From NCBI GenBank assembly GCA_050011775.1, contig JBEKIL010000003.1:230853-294852 (forward strand): a DNA stretch of 64,000 bases, read 5' to 3'. Shown in pieces: positions 38,937 through 48,225 of this stretch (positions are counted from its first letter, which is position 1; the number at the start of each line of letters is the position of its first letter). Source of the DNA: Bacteroidota bacterium. Its GTDB lineage: Bacteria > Bacteroidota > Ignavibacteria > UBA10030 > CAVZMI01. The position numbers and the translations under genes were made by a program. The notes under the pieces were generated by a model. That model searched no databases and was not told where the DNA came from. It saw nothing but the letters and a program-made list of their open reading frames with translations.

Positions 38937-39665
38937 TTGCATATGAATATTCCGACACTATTTCACATCACGCATTGGAAAGCTGGATCGCAATGGGTTG
39001 CAAAAGTACTCAAGGAGCTTTTCCCTGATGAAATCATTCCACCAAGAATTGCGGCTGCCCAGGTTCTCCAGATGCCGATACAAGAACACAAAATCTATTT
39101 GTGTGTCTATATTGCGAAAGGACAATGGGACCGAATCCAACTTCCAAAAGAGACACGACGGTTTCTTATTATTCGCGATCTCCGGGATACACTGGTCTCG
39201 GCATATTTCTCAATGCGATATAGCCATCCCATCATGATAAATCAAATGGAAGAATGGCGTAATTTTTTAAGGACAAATAGTTTGCGTGATGGCATGGTGT
39301 ATTTAATGGAAAATTGGCTTCCGGACAGCGCGAATATACAGCGATCCTGGTTGAAAGCAGGGGAGAAATTTTTCCGTTTTGAAGATATTTTAAAAAGCGA
39401 TATTTTTTACTTCGAGAAAATACTTATTGACCATTGTCAGTTACCCATTGAAAAAGCAATGCTCCGGGATGTAGTTCAACGAAATAGATTCATCACGTTA
39501 AGTAAAGGCCGGAATCCGGGTGCAGAAGATCGGTTGTCGCATTATCGAAAAGGACTTCCGGGCGATTGGCAGAACTATTTCAGTGAAGAAACAAAAAAGG
39601 AATTCAAGAAACGTTTCAATGATGTTCTCAATCTGACCGGGTATGTGGACAACGATACCTGGTGA
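38937..39665 (+). CDS. putative sulfotransferase (Sulfotransfer_1-like)
   Basis: 'HITHWKAGSQWV' resembles 5'-PSB 'PKSGTTWL'; 'RDLRDTLVSAYF' resembles 3'-PB 'R.P.D..VS.Y'; 242 aa. Confidence 0.55.
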   Translation: MHMNIPTLFHITHWKAGSQWVAKVLKELFPDEIIPPRIAAAQVLQMPIQEHKIYLCVYIAKGQWDRIQLPKETRRFLIIRDLRDTLVSAYFSMRYSHPIMINQMEEWRNFLRTNSLRDGMVYLMENWLPDSANIQRSWLKAGEKFFRFEDILKSDIFYFEKILIDHCQLPIEKAMLRDVVQRNRFITLSKGRNPGAEDRLSHYRKGLPGDWQNYFSEETKKEFKKRFNDVLNLTGYVDNDTW

Positions 39666-39693
39666 AAAGTATTTCGATAAAGATAATGGGAAG

Positions 39694-40488
39694 ATGACTA
39701 AACTATTCGTATGTTTCCGTGAGTTATGGAATAGGCGCGAATTATTATTTTCGCTTACAAAGCGGGATATTAAATCGCGATATCAACAGACTTTTTTTGG
39801 AATGGGCTGGTCTTTGTTTCAGCCGGTAATGCAGGCTGTAGTCTATACAGTTGCCTTCTCGTTGATACTTAAAGTGCCGATCCGCGAAGGAATACCGTAC
39901 ATGAATTTTGTGTTCTGTAATCTCACACTCTGGACCTATTTTGCATCAACAACCCTCAGCGCAATGAACAGCATACGTATGAATTCCGCTTTGATAACAC
40001 GGGTAGCGTTCCCGCGTGAAATCATTCCTTTTTCGACCATTCTGTCAGGACTATTCGATTTCATAATTATGTTTATCGTCCTGGTTATTCTAAACGCTTT
40101 TGTCGGCTTTTATCCAAATATCCGATTTCTGTATTTGCCCACGATTATCTTAATTGAAATTCTTTTCATTCTGAATATTTCATTAGTATTAAGTGTGATT
40201 TCGATTGTACGTCGTGATATTACCCATGTCGTGAATTATTTTATTATGCTTTATATGTTTATATCGCCGGTCTTTTTTCCGTTCTCGGCACTACCGGCTG
40301 AAATACAGCGATATTATTTTCTTAATCCGATGGGGACTCTTCTTGAAGGATTTAAGAATATTATATTTCTTGACAAAGAACCCCGCTGGTTTGCATTGAT
40401 GATGGTGATCATAATACTGATCGTTCTTTTTTTCCCCTGTTATATTTTTTTCAAAAAAGCTGAACGTTCCTTCACGGATGTACTATGA
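39694..40488 (+). CDS. wzm: ABC-2 type polysaccharide export permease (Wzm family), pair 2
   Basis: 'KRDIKSRYQQTFFGMGWSLFQPVMQAVVYTVAFSLIL', 6 TM. ATG 39694 avoids overlap with the upstream gene. Confidence 0.8.
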   Translation: MTKLFVCFRELWNRRELLFSLTKRDIKSRYQQTFFGMGWSLFQPVMQAVVYTVAFSLILKVPIREGIPYMNFVFCNLTLWTYFASTTLSAMNSIRMNSALITRVAFPREIIPFSTILSGLFDFIIMFIVLVILNAFVGFYPNIRFLYLPTIILIEILFILNISLVLSVISIVRRDITHVVNYFIMLYMFISPVFFPFSALPAEIQRYYFLNPMGTLLEGFKNIIFLDKEPRWFALMMVIIILIVLFFPCYIFFKKAERSFTDVL

Positions 40489-41885
40489 TTGCACTCCGTT
40501 TCAATAATGTCACGAAAATTTATGACCTGCAGGCGGGTCGGGACACTTTTCTCACGACTCTCAGGTTCACTCTGGGCAATGTTAAGCGGAATGATTTCTT
40601 CCATGCCGTTCGTGATATAAATATTGAAATAAAAAAAGGCGAAGCAGTCGGTATCATCGGACGTAATGGAGCGGGGAAAAGTACACTGCTGAAACTTGCG
40701 GTCGGGATTACCTATCCGACATATGGATCGGTTGAAGTGAACGGTTCGATTGCCGCACTCATAGGACTTGGGGCAGGATTCAATCCCGATTTCACAGGTC
40801 GGGAAAATATTTTCCTTAATGCTTCGCTATTGGGCGTTCCAAGGAAGAGAGTGGAGGAACGTTTTTCCGAGATTGTCGCCTTTGCAGAATTAGAAGATTT
40901 TATCGATGTTCCGGTTAAGCGTTACTCTTCGGGGATGTACGCGCGGCTCGGATTTGCCATCGCGACTCACGTCGATGCCGATATCATTGTCATCGATGAA
41001 GTACTGGCTGTAGGAGACATATATTTTCAACAAAAATGCTTTTTATTTTTAGAATCGCTTCTTCAAAAAGGGAAAACTCTTCTATTTGTGAGTCATGATG
41101 TAGGCAGTGTGCGTGAACTTTGCAATTCTGTAATATTGCTTGAGAAGGGCGTGAATATATTTCATGGAGATCCAAGAGAAGGTGTAAATAGATACCTGCT
41201 ATTACAACAGAAAAAGGATACTGCAAAGGATTCCGAGAATGAAATTCGCGTGGAATCGAAGACTAGTACTGCATCAAATGCGGATATTACGGTTGATAAT
41301 AAATCGCAGGAAGGGAAGAGGAAATTCCTGCCGCGCCAATGGTCCGACATCGATGCACTGGATCTTTCTTCCTCTGCTGTTCTTATTGGTGAGAGAGATG
41401 TTCATTGGAAGGGCGTCGCGATCTATGATAAGGACGGAAGTCGCTGCAATTCTTTTTCCATGGGGGATGAAGCGTGGTTCTATTATGAGTTTGAGGTTCT
41501 GCGCGATATACTTACTCCGTTTGCCGGCGTTGCGATTTATGATAGGAAAGGAATTCTTGTTCACGGAAAGACGACATATCAGCATGGAATACAGCCGTGC
41601 CGTACAGTTGGAAAAAACGCGACGATCCGGGTTATTCAATCGATAAAGTTTCCATTGTCACCCGATACGTATACTTTTGAGCTATGGCTCAGCATGATGG
41701 AGCCGGAGACTCATGAACAGCTTCAACATCTTACAGCAGAACAAATTCAGGCAGGTGTTACCAAACTGATGCATATAAGCAGAGCAGGTTCGATCATTAT
41801 TACCCCTAATCCGAACAATATTGCTATCAATAATTTTGGTATAGTCGACTTGCCGGGGAGTGGAGATCTGACAATACTCCCCTGA
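40485..41885 (+). CDS. wzt: polysaccharide ABC exporter ATP-binding protein with C-terminal Wzt_C-like carbohydrate-binding domain, pair 2
   Basis: Walker A 'GIIGRNGAGKSTLLKL', signature 'YSSGMYARLGFAIAT', 'IIVIDEVLAVGD'. Extra ~200-aa C-terminal beta-rich domain ('HWKGVAIYDKDG...VAIYDRKGILVHG'). Confidence 0.85.
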   Translation: MIALRFNNVTKIYDLQAGRDTFLTTLRFTLGNVKRNDFFHAVRDINIEIKKGEAVGIIGRNGAGKSTLLKLAVGITYPTYGSVEVNGSIAALIGLGAGFNPDFTGRENIFLNASLLGVPRKRVEERFSEIVAFAELEDFIDVPVKRYSSGMYARLGFAIATHVDADIIVIDEVLAVGDIYFQQKCFLFLESLLQKGKTLLFVSHDVGSVRELCNSVILLEKGVNIFHGDPREGVNRYLLLQQKKDTAKDSENEIRVESKTSTASNADITVDNKSQEGKRKFLPRQWSDIDALDLSSSAVLIGERDVHWKGVAIYDKDGSRCNSFSMGDEAWFYYEFEVLRDILTPFAGVAIYDRKGILVHGKTTYQHGIQPCRTVGKNATIRVIQSIKFPLSPDTYTFELWLSMMEPETHEQLQHLTAEQIQAGVTKLMHISRAGSIIITPNPNNIAINNFGIVDLPGSGDLTILP

Positions 41886-41933
41886 TAAGTTTTTCCTAAA
41901 AAGAATCTGATAATATTATCATAGAAGAGTTAT

Positions 41934-44900
41934 ATGATCACGAAAGCCGGAAAAAATCTTGCCTATATTTATTCAACTCCCCGCTCTGGCTCGACATTGC
42001 TTGCGGCGATGCTCGGCGGTCACGATGACGTCTATGTCCCTCCCGAACCATGGTTTCTACTTCTGCTTCATTCTCTTCTCTCTTCCGATGATGCGATTGT
42101 TGCACATTATGACGAAAATCTGGCACGCCGCGCATTTCGGGAATTGTCTCCGGAGAATATCATCACAGAAGCCTCGCAAAACTATGCATTGACGGTATAT
42201 AATAGTCTGTTGGAGAAAAACAAAAAAAAATATTTTGTCGATAAAACTCCCCGATATTACCATGTCCTTGAATGGATCGATGCGCTATTCCCTGAAGCCA
42301 AAAAAATACTCTTAGTCCGAAATCCACTCGATGTCTTTGCATCATATAAAGATGTGTGGGGAATCGAAGTAGAGGAAATGATCGGTGAACAGCTCTCTCC
42401 ATTTTCATTCGATGCCACGATAGCATATTTCAGATTTCAGGATTTTTATAAGCGATCGCATACAAATATGATCCGGATTTCCTATGAGAATCTTGTGATT
42501 GATCCCCATACCGTGATGCACGGGGTATGCGGTTTTTTAGGATTGGCATTTAACGAGAGGATGATATCCTATGGAGAGAATAAAGAACTATTGACACGGT
42601 ACGCAAATTCCAGCATGGGCGATCGAAAGGTGCTTTCCGAAATAACTCCGCATCGAAAATCATGCGGAAAATGGAAAACAATCCTGACCCCCTTAGAAAC
42701 TCAGAAGATTGTGACGACGCTTGGGACAAGGATATTCGAAGAGAACGGTTATAAGACCGAATTACAGGAAGCTCTGTCATTTGCTTCGCTGCAATATGAG
42801 AAGGTCGACCGCGAAGGAAGAAAGGAAGAACTCTTTAAACAGTATCAGACCTATGTCGAGACGCGGCTTTCATCATCTGCAGCTCTTTCCAATGTGGCTC
42901 TCACAAGGAAGAATGAAGAGCTCTTAAAATATATAACTACAATAGAGAAGGATCGGCAGGATCGACTCGAGGCAATCCTACGTTATCAGGAAAAACTGGA
43001 TAACTCTCATAATGCAATTGAGCAAAAGGAAATACGAAATCAACAACTTCTTGAGGAATCACTCAGGATTCAGGATCAACTGGTAGACTCTCGTAATGCA
43101 ATTAAGCAAAAAGAAGTACGAATTCGACAACTTCTGGAGGAATCACGTGGGTTTCAGAATCAACTGGCAGACTCTCGTGATGCAATTGGGCAAAAAGAAA
43201 TACGAATTCAACAACTTATGGCGGGAACGTACGGGTTTCAACATCAACTGACGGAACTCCGGGATGTCATAGCACAAATCGAAAAAGACAGACAGGCCAG
43301 ACTCGATTCGATACTCTATTACCAAAAAGAACTGGCGGAAGTACAGCGGAGGAATCAGGAACTTATCGATACGATTTCTTCGATTGAAAACGACAGGCGG
43401 GCCAGACTTGAGTCGATACTCTATTACCAAACAGTATTGTCGGATTTACAACATCGGTACGATGTGATCGAAAAAGATCATGCAAATCTTTTGATGTTAG
43501 TCGAAACATTGAATGGTCATATTGCCGAACTCGGGACATTGGAAACATCGTTACGCCGGTTCATTGAGTTGTCGTTACGCAGCATCGGTCTCTATGAATT
43601 TATTTTACGCCACCGAAAAAAGCTTAACCGGGTTTTTCTGTTCGTATTGCACGCGGGGGCCGGATTAGCTTCTGTTATCCGCAAATTCCATCGCAAAAGG
43701 GAGCTTGGTGTAGTGAAAGCAGACACCGCTCCTTTACAAAAACAGACTCTTAAAGAAACATTAAACTCACCCGAGGTCAATGCTTATGTCAATTCACGGT
43801 TAATTCAGGGTGATCTGGAAGACAGTGTAATACACCATTTCCTCGATAATAATTCTTCGTTTTCATCCGTAATCTGTCTCATGCCGGACCCAAATGATCT
43901 TCAATTACTGATTTTTCTTAAAGAACTCGGGAAATCTGTATTTGTTCTTCATTCTCCATCCGAAAATTTAAGTCTCATTAAACCGAATATTTCTTTTACA
44001 GCATGCATCGCCGATGAATGGTTCATGAAATATGGACGGTTGGAACTTTCAAAATATGATGTTCTTTTCATAGGAAAGAATTGTTCAGGTTCGTATTTCC
44101 GACTATTAAAAAATTATGTATCACCTCGAACAGCGATAATTCTTCATAATACCAGTTTTTCGGAAGAGTTATTTTTACTTGAGGGTAGGATTAAAGTGAC
44201 AATCGGCAGCTTTGTTTCTCTGTCTCCTTGCTCCGATTCAAAGGTATTATTCAAGGTATGCGAAGAACGCCGAACAATCGATAATGCACAATGGCCGTGG
44301 AAGCAGTTCAAGTCTGAAATCCCATCGAACATGCCCTCCGGCAGGCCCTGGCCGAGAATATCGGTCGTTACGGCCACACTCAATCAGGGCGATTTCCTTG
44401 AAGAGACAATTCGCTCGGTGCTGCTGCAACGTTATCCGAACCTTGAGTACATTCTCCTCGATGGGGGTTCCACCGATACAACACCGGAGATTCTCAACCG
44501 GTATAAAAATGAGTTCGCAGTGTGTCTAAGTCAAAAGGATAAAGGTCAGGCCGATGCGTTGAACAGGGGTTTCAATCATGCAACCGGAGAAATTCTTGCA
44601 TGGCTGAATAGCGACGACCGATATCTTCCCAACACATTTCTTGATGTTGCGCTGGCATATGATTTGTATGCCTGTGATATGGTTGCAGGGGGATGTGCTC
44701 TTGTCAATGATAACGAAGCAATTCCCTGGAGTGTACATCACACTTTATTACCTCTGGGGGAAAAAGTCCGGCTTCCACTCGATAATCTTCTCGATATCGA
44801 TGGTTCCTGGCAAAAAGGCGATTTCTTTTATCAACCGGAGGTGTTCTGGAGCAGGAACATCTGGGAAAAATCCGGGAGACGAATTGATAGTACTCTCCAT

Positions 44901-45086
44901 TACAGCATGGATTATGAGCTCTGGGTAAGAATGGCGATCGCTGAAGCATCCATTGTTCATATTCCCGAGACGCTTGCGTATTTTCGAATGCATCAACAGC
45001 AAAAAACAAGCGGTAAGGATTTACCGTTTCTTCCGGAGTTACGAAAGTTGAATAAAAGGCTTCTTAAAGAATTGAGAAAAAAATAA
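41934..45086 (+). CDS. multidomain protein: N-terminal sulfotransferase, central tandem coiled-coil repeats, C-terminal GT2 glycosyltransferase (candidate chain-length regulator and terminator)
   Basis: N-terminal 'IYSTPRSGSTLLAAMLGG' (5'-PSB) and 'DKTPRYYHVLEWIDALFPEAKKILLVRNPLDVFAS'. Residues ~335-520 are heptad-like 20-aa repeats ('DSRNAIKQKEVRIRQLLEESRGFQNQLA' x3; 'IEKDRQARLDSILYYQKEL' x3). C-terminal 'ISVVTATLNQGDFLEETIRSVLLQRYPNLEYILLDGGSTDTTPEIL', 'LNSDDRY' (GT2). Confidence 0.7.
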   Translation: MITKAGKNLAYIYSTPRSGSTLLAAMLGGHDDVYVPPEPWFLLLLHSLLSSDDAIVAHYDENLARRAFRELSPENIITEASQNYALTVYNSLLEKNKKKYFVDKTPRYYHVLEWIDALFPEAKKILLVRNPLDVFASYKDVWGIEVEEMIGEQLSPFSFDATIAYFRFQDFYKRSHTNMIRISYENLVIDPHTVMHGVCGFLGLAFNERMISYGENKELLTRYANSSMGDRKVLSEITPHRKSCGKWKTILTPLETQKIVTTLGTRIFEENGYKTELQEALSFASLQYEKVDREGRKEELFKQYQTYVETRLSSSAALSNVALTRKNEELLKYITTIEKDRQDRLEAILRYQEKLDNSHNAIEQKEIRNQQLLEESLRIQDQLVDSRNAIKQKEVRIRQLLEESRGFQNQLADSRDAIGQKEIRIQQLMAGTYGFQHQLTELRDVIAQIEKDRQARLDSILYYQKELAEVQRRNQELIDTISSIENDRRARLESILYYQTVLSDLQHRYDVIEKDHANLLMLVETLNGHIAELGTLETSLRRFIELSLRSIGLYEFILRHRKKLNRVFLFVLHAGAGLASVIRKFHRKRELGVVKADTAPLQKQTLKETLNSPEVNAYVNSRLIQGDLEDSVIHHFLDNNSSFSSVICLMPDPNDLQLLIFLKELGKSVFVLHSPSENLSLIKPNISFTACIADEWFMKYGRLELSKYDVLFIGKNCSGSYFRLLKNYVSPRTAIILHNTSFSEELFLLEGRIKVTIGSFVSLSPCSDSKVLFKVCEERRTIDNAQWPWKQFKSEIPSNMPSGRPWPRISVVTATLNQGDFLEETIRSVLLQRYPNLEYILLDGGSTDTTPEILNRYKNEFAVCLSQKDKGQADALNRGFNHATGEILAWLNSDDRYLPNTFLDVALAYDLYACDMVAGGCALVNDNEAIPWSVHHTLLPLGEKVRLPLDNLLDIDGSWQKGDFFYQPEVFWSRNIWEKSGRRIDSTLHYSMDYELWVRMAIAEASIVHIPETLAYFRMHQQQKTSGKDLPFLPELRKLNKRLLKELRKK
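42936..43494 (+). repeat. in-frame ~60-nt tandem DNA repeats encoding the coiled-coil segment of the 41934 protein
   Basis: For example 'GACTCTCGTAATGCAATTAAGCAAAAAGAAGTACGAATTCGACAACTTCTGGAGGAATCA' versus 'GACTCTCGTGATGCAATTGGGCAAAAAGAAATACGAATTCAACAACTTATGGCGGGAACG'. Confidence 0.7.
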
Positions 45087-46327
45087 TGGAGTGGAAGATC
45101 GGAGAATACCTCCATTCTGGAAAACGGCTTCGTGTGCTTTTCCTTAATGACGTTGGCTTTCAATATGGAGCGGGAATAGCGCAAATGCGGCAGATTCAAT
45201 CGTTCCTGCTGATGGGGTGTGAAGTGGCAGGGTTGTGCTGGAGTCACGGAGTTGAAGCGCAGATCCCGTTCATACCTCACGATGCATCGGGCACATGGTT
45301 GGGATTACGGCAAGTGCCTCATCTTCATCACAGCAGAGGTAGCGATGATGAAATGATTATTAGAGGCCTTCTGGAAGAAATATACGACATTTCTCCCGAT
45401 CTTATTGTTGTCGGAAATCTCCATGGAGCACGCTGGCCTTTGGAATTACTCTCTGTTTTGCGGGAACAGGGAATCCCCATGGTTGTATATATGCATGATT
45501 TGTTCTGGCTGAGTGGACGCTGTGCATACCCGGGGGAATGCCTCAAATTTATTTCCGGATGTGATGCCTCCTGTCCTACAGCACATGAATATCCGGAACT
45601 TGAGCCGTCGAAAATCGAGGACGCATGGAAATTACGCCGTTCACTTTTTTGTGGTCCCGACGGCATTCCGTTCGCAACGAACAGCGACTGGATCACACGC
45701 CTGGCTCACGATGCACTTACACCGGCTACGAAATCGGAAACGATATATCTCGGTCTGGACACCTGTTTCTATCGTCCGATCGATAAAAAACTTGCCCGTC
45801 GTTTGCTTCGCCTATCGCAGGATGAATTCATCATTCTTAGCGGTGCCGTTAATGTGTCCGAAAACAGAAAAGGAGTAAAATATTTACAGGAAATAATACA
45901 TTATTTTGATTCTTCTGCGACGTTCATCGTCTTTGGAGAGAATTCGCTCACGATGAATGGAGTCTATTCTTCCGGTCTCCTGCGGGATTACCGGAAGATG
46001 ATTCTATTATATAATGCAGCAGATGTCTTTATAGGCACAGCCCTGCAAGAGGCTTTCGGCCAGACATTTTGCGAAGCTTCGGCATGCGAGCTCCCTGTCG
46101 TCGCATTTAATATCGGAGGTGTATCCGAAGTCATTACTGATGCAAAGACAGGAATTCTTGTCCCGCCCGGTGATAATAATGAAATGATTAAAGCGATTGA
46201 GACGCTTCGAAACGATCGTGCATTTCGCGAAGTACTGGGCCGTGCCGGACGGCAACGGATTGAAGAAAGATTTTCGCTGGAAAAACAGAAAGAACGCTGG
46301 GTCAATTTTTTATTGAATATCAATTAA
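45086..46327 (+). CDS. glycosyltransferase family 4
   Basis: 'EAFGQTFCEASACELPVVAFNIGGVSEVI'. ATG overlaps the preceding stop (TAATGG). Confidence 0.8.
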   Translation: MEWKIGEYLHSGKRLRVLFLNDVGFQYGAGIAQMRQIQSFLLMGCEVAGLCWSHGVEAQIPFIPHDASGTWLGLRQVPHLHHSRGSDDEMIIRGLLEEIYDISPDLIVVGNLHGARWPLELLSVLREQGIPMVVYMHDLFWLSGRCAYPGECLKFISGCDASCPTAHEYPELEPSKIEDAWKLRRSLFCGPDGIPFATNSDWITRLAHDALTPATKSETIYLGLDTCFYRPIDKKLARRLLRLSQDEFIILSGAVNVSENRKGVKYLQEIIHYFDSSATFIVFGENSLTMNGVYSSGLLRDYRKMILLYNAADVFIGTALQEAFGQTFCEASACELPVVAFNIGGVSEVITDAKTGILVPPGDNNEMIKAIETLRNDRAFREVLGRAGRQRIEERFSLEKQKERWVNFLLNIN

Positions 46328-46343
46328 AGAAAAAAGATAGAAG

Positions 46344-47207
46344 ATGCTTAAAGTCTCTCCATCGCCGACATTATATTATAACGACCGCTCACTTAATAGC
46401 ATGCGTCCGAGCTATAACCGTGATAATGTATTTCTTAATGAAGAACACAGGAGGATTTTCGAGACGACAAAGTATATCCCGGGATGGCAGATGGAAGCCG
46501 ACTCGTATAAATTATACGAACTCGGGTATTATGCCGGTGATGTTATCCTGGAAATCGGTACATACGGGGGACGTTCGGCGGTTATCGAGCTGCGTGGGGC
46601 ATTGAGCAATCCGGATAGGCTGGGACCACCCCAATTCTTTGGTGTTGACGTTGATCGTAAATCCATTCGTCGTACATTCTACACGTTGAACAGGTTCGGT
46701 GTATTAGAAAACGCATTTCTCTTTCATGGTACTCTCTACCGGTTTGTTCATAGGTACCAGATATCACCGACAATGGTGTTTATGGATGCAAACCATCGTT
46801 ATGAAGATATCGTGGAGGATATTCGTCGACTGACGACGATTCTTCCTGCCGGTGTTCCTGTTTTATTCCATGATTTTTTAAATCCGGAAAATGATACAGG
46901 TGAATACGGTGTCCGGCGAGCAGTAACTGAGTGGGAAAATGATGGATACGGAACTTTCATCGGTGCATTCGGTTGTTCGGCATTGTTCGTCAGCGGACAG
47001 CGTTGTTGTGGTAACGGGAATTCATTATCCCGTGATGAATTCGATCAATCCCGACATAGACTATTCAGATCGTATAAATTGATGGAAAAAAAGGGGGATA
47101 AAACAATCATAGTTCCTGAAGAGAAAAGAATCTGGTCTTTCCATGATGATATTTCACTGCTGTCGAGAATAAAGACAAGAATACTTCATATGTTGAGACC
47201 GAGGTAA
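46344..47207 (+). CDS. putative O-methyltransferase (TylF/MycF, Methyltransf_24-like)
   Basis: 'GDVILEIGTYGGRSAVIE' resembles the TylF-family 'GDIVE.GV..GGS' motif; 'FMDANHRYEDI', 'LFHDF'. Confidence 0.55.
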   Translation: MLKVSPSPTLYYNDRSLNSMRPSYNRDNVFLNEEHRRIFETTKYIPGWQMEADSYKLYELGYYAGDVILEIGTYGGRSAVIELRGALSNPDRLGPPQFFGVDVDRKSIRRTFYTLNRFGVLENAFLFHGTLYRFVHRYQISPTMVFMDANHRYEDIVEDIRRLTTILPAGVPVLFHDFLNPENDTGEYGVRRAVTEWENDGYGTFIGAFGCSALFVSGQRCCGNGNSLSRDEFDQSRHRLFRSYKLMEKKGDKTIIVPEEKRIWSFHDDISLLSRIKTRILHMLRPR

Positions 47208-48178
47208 TGGATATCAATTCATGGTTAAAGCAATGGCGGGAGAAGGCAGGGATTATTTATGTCTCCCAACCACACCGTTTTGCTCATGACGAAACCAAGT
47301 ATGATGAACAATATAAGATCGATCCGAAGGATATACAGGCGGGGAAGGGGTTGGTCTCGTTGTTGCGGCGCTGTGATGCTTCATTCACGGGCCCTGCGTT
47401 GGAAATCGGTTGCGGTACCGGCCGTTTATCATTGGGTCTGGTCCAGGAAAATGTGTACCCCGTAACACTTCTGACCGATCCGTCGGTTAAATTCCTCAAA
47501 ATTGTGCAGGAGAAGATGACACGGTTATCCATAAATCAGAATTCAATACGATATGCGGTTCTGTCCGCCGAAGAAATCGGCGTATTACCAGAAAATACAT
47601 TTTCGCTAATTGCACTGCGCTCGACATTACATCATGTCCTCGATGTATCGAAATTTATTCATGAAGCCGCCCGGGCATTGTTGCCCGGGGGAATATTGAC
47701 GTTCGAGGAGCCATGCCGCGAAGGATTTATAATAATGGGGATGATGGCGCAATTCATGATTCCGATGTTAGAGGCAAAAGGAATCGGTATTTCCGGTAAG
47801 CATCAGTCACAGATAAAGACGTTTGTTGATGTGATGAAATTTTATTCCCGTTACGATGTCGATAAAACATCGAGTGAGGATAAACATGTCTTTCGAGTCG
47901 ATGACGTAATGAAACAGGGTCAATCAGCCGGATTGAAAGTGGAGTTTCTGCCGAACCGTGCGTTCGATGAGTTTATTTATCAGCCCGTGTCTCCTCACGA
48001 TAGAAAATTTTTTAATGTTTTTTTTAAAAAATACCTCTCTTACTGTATGTCATTTGATAACGAGCTGATAGATGTTCTTGATAAACACTTCTTTGAATAT
48101 TTTTCATTTATAGAAGATATATCGGAGGGAGATAACGCCCCATATATGCATGGTGTTTTTATTTGCATAAAATTATAA
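47207..48178 (+). CDS. class I SAM-dependent methyltransferase
   Basis: 'ALEIGCGTGRLSLGL', 'LIALRSTLHHV', 'GGILTFEEP'. Confidence 0.75.
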   Translation: MDINSWLKQWREKAGIIYVSQPHRFAHDETKYDEQYKIDPKDIQAGKGLVSLLRRCDASFTGPALEIGCGTGRLSLGLVQENVYPVTLLTDPSVKFLKIVQEKMTRLSINQNSIRYAVLSAEEIGVLPENTFSLIALRSTLHHVLDVSKFIHEAARALLPGGILTFEEPCREGFIIMGMMAQFMIPMLEAKGIGISGKHQSQIKTFVDVMKFYSRYDVDKTSSEDKHVFRVDDVMKQGQSAGLKVEFLPNRAFDEFIYQPVSPHDRKFFNVFFKKYLSYCMSFDNELIDVLDKHFFEYFSFIEDISEGDNAPYMHGVFICIKL

Positions 48179-48225
48179 ACAACAACACCATGAATATTTT
48201 TGGTCTCATAATTGATCCATACCCC

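Noticed and set aside
42936-43494. Tandem repeats considered as a possible CRISPR array or minisatellite
   Set aside because: Repeats are in-frame within a long ORF, lack spacer/repeat alternation, and encode a heptad-like coiled coil.
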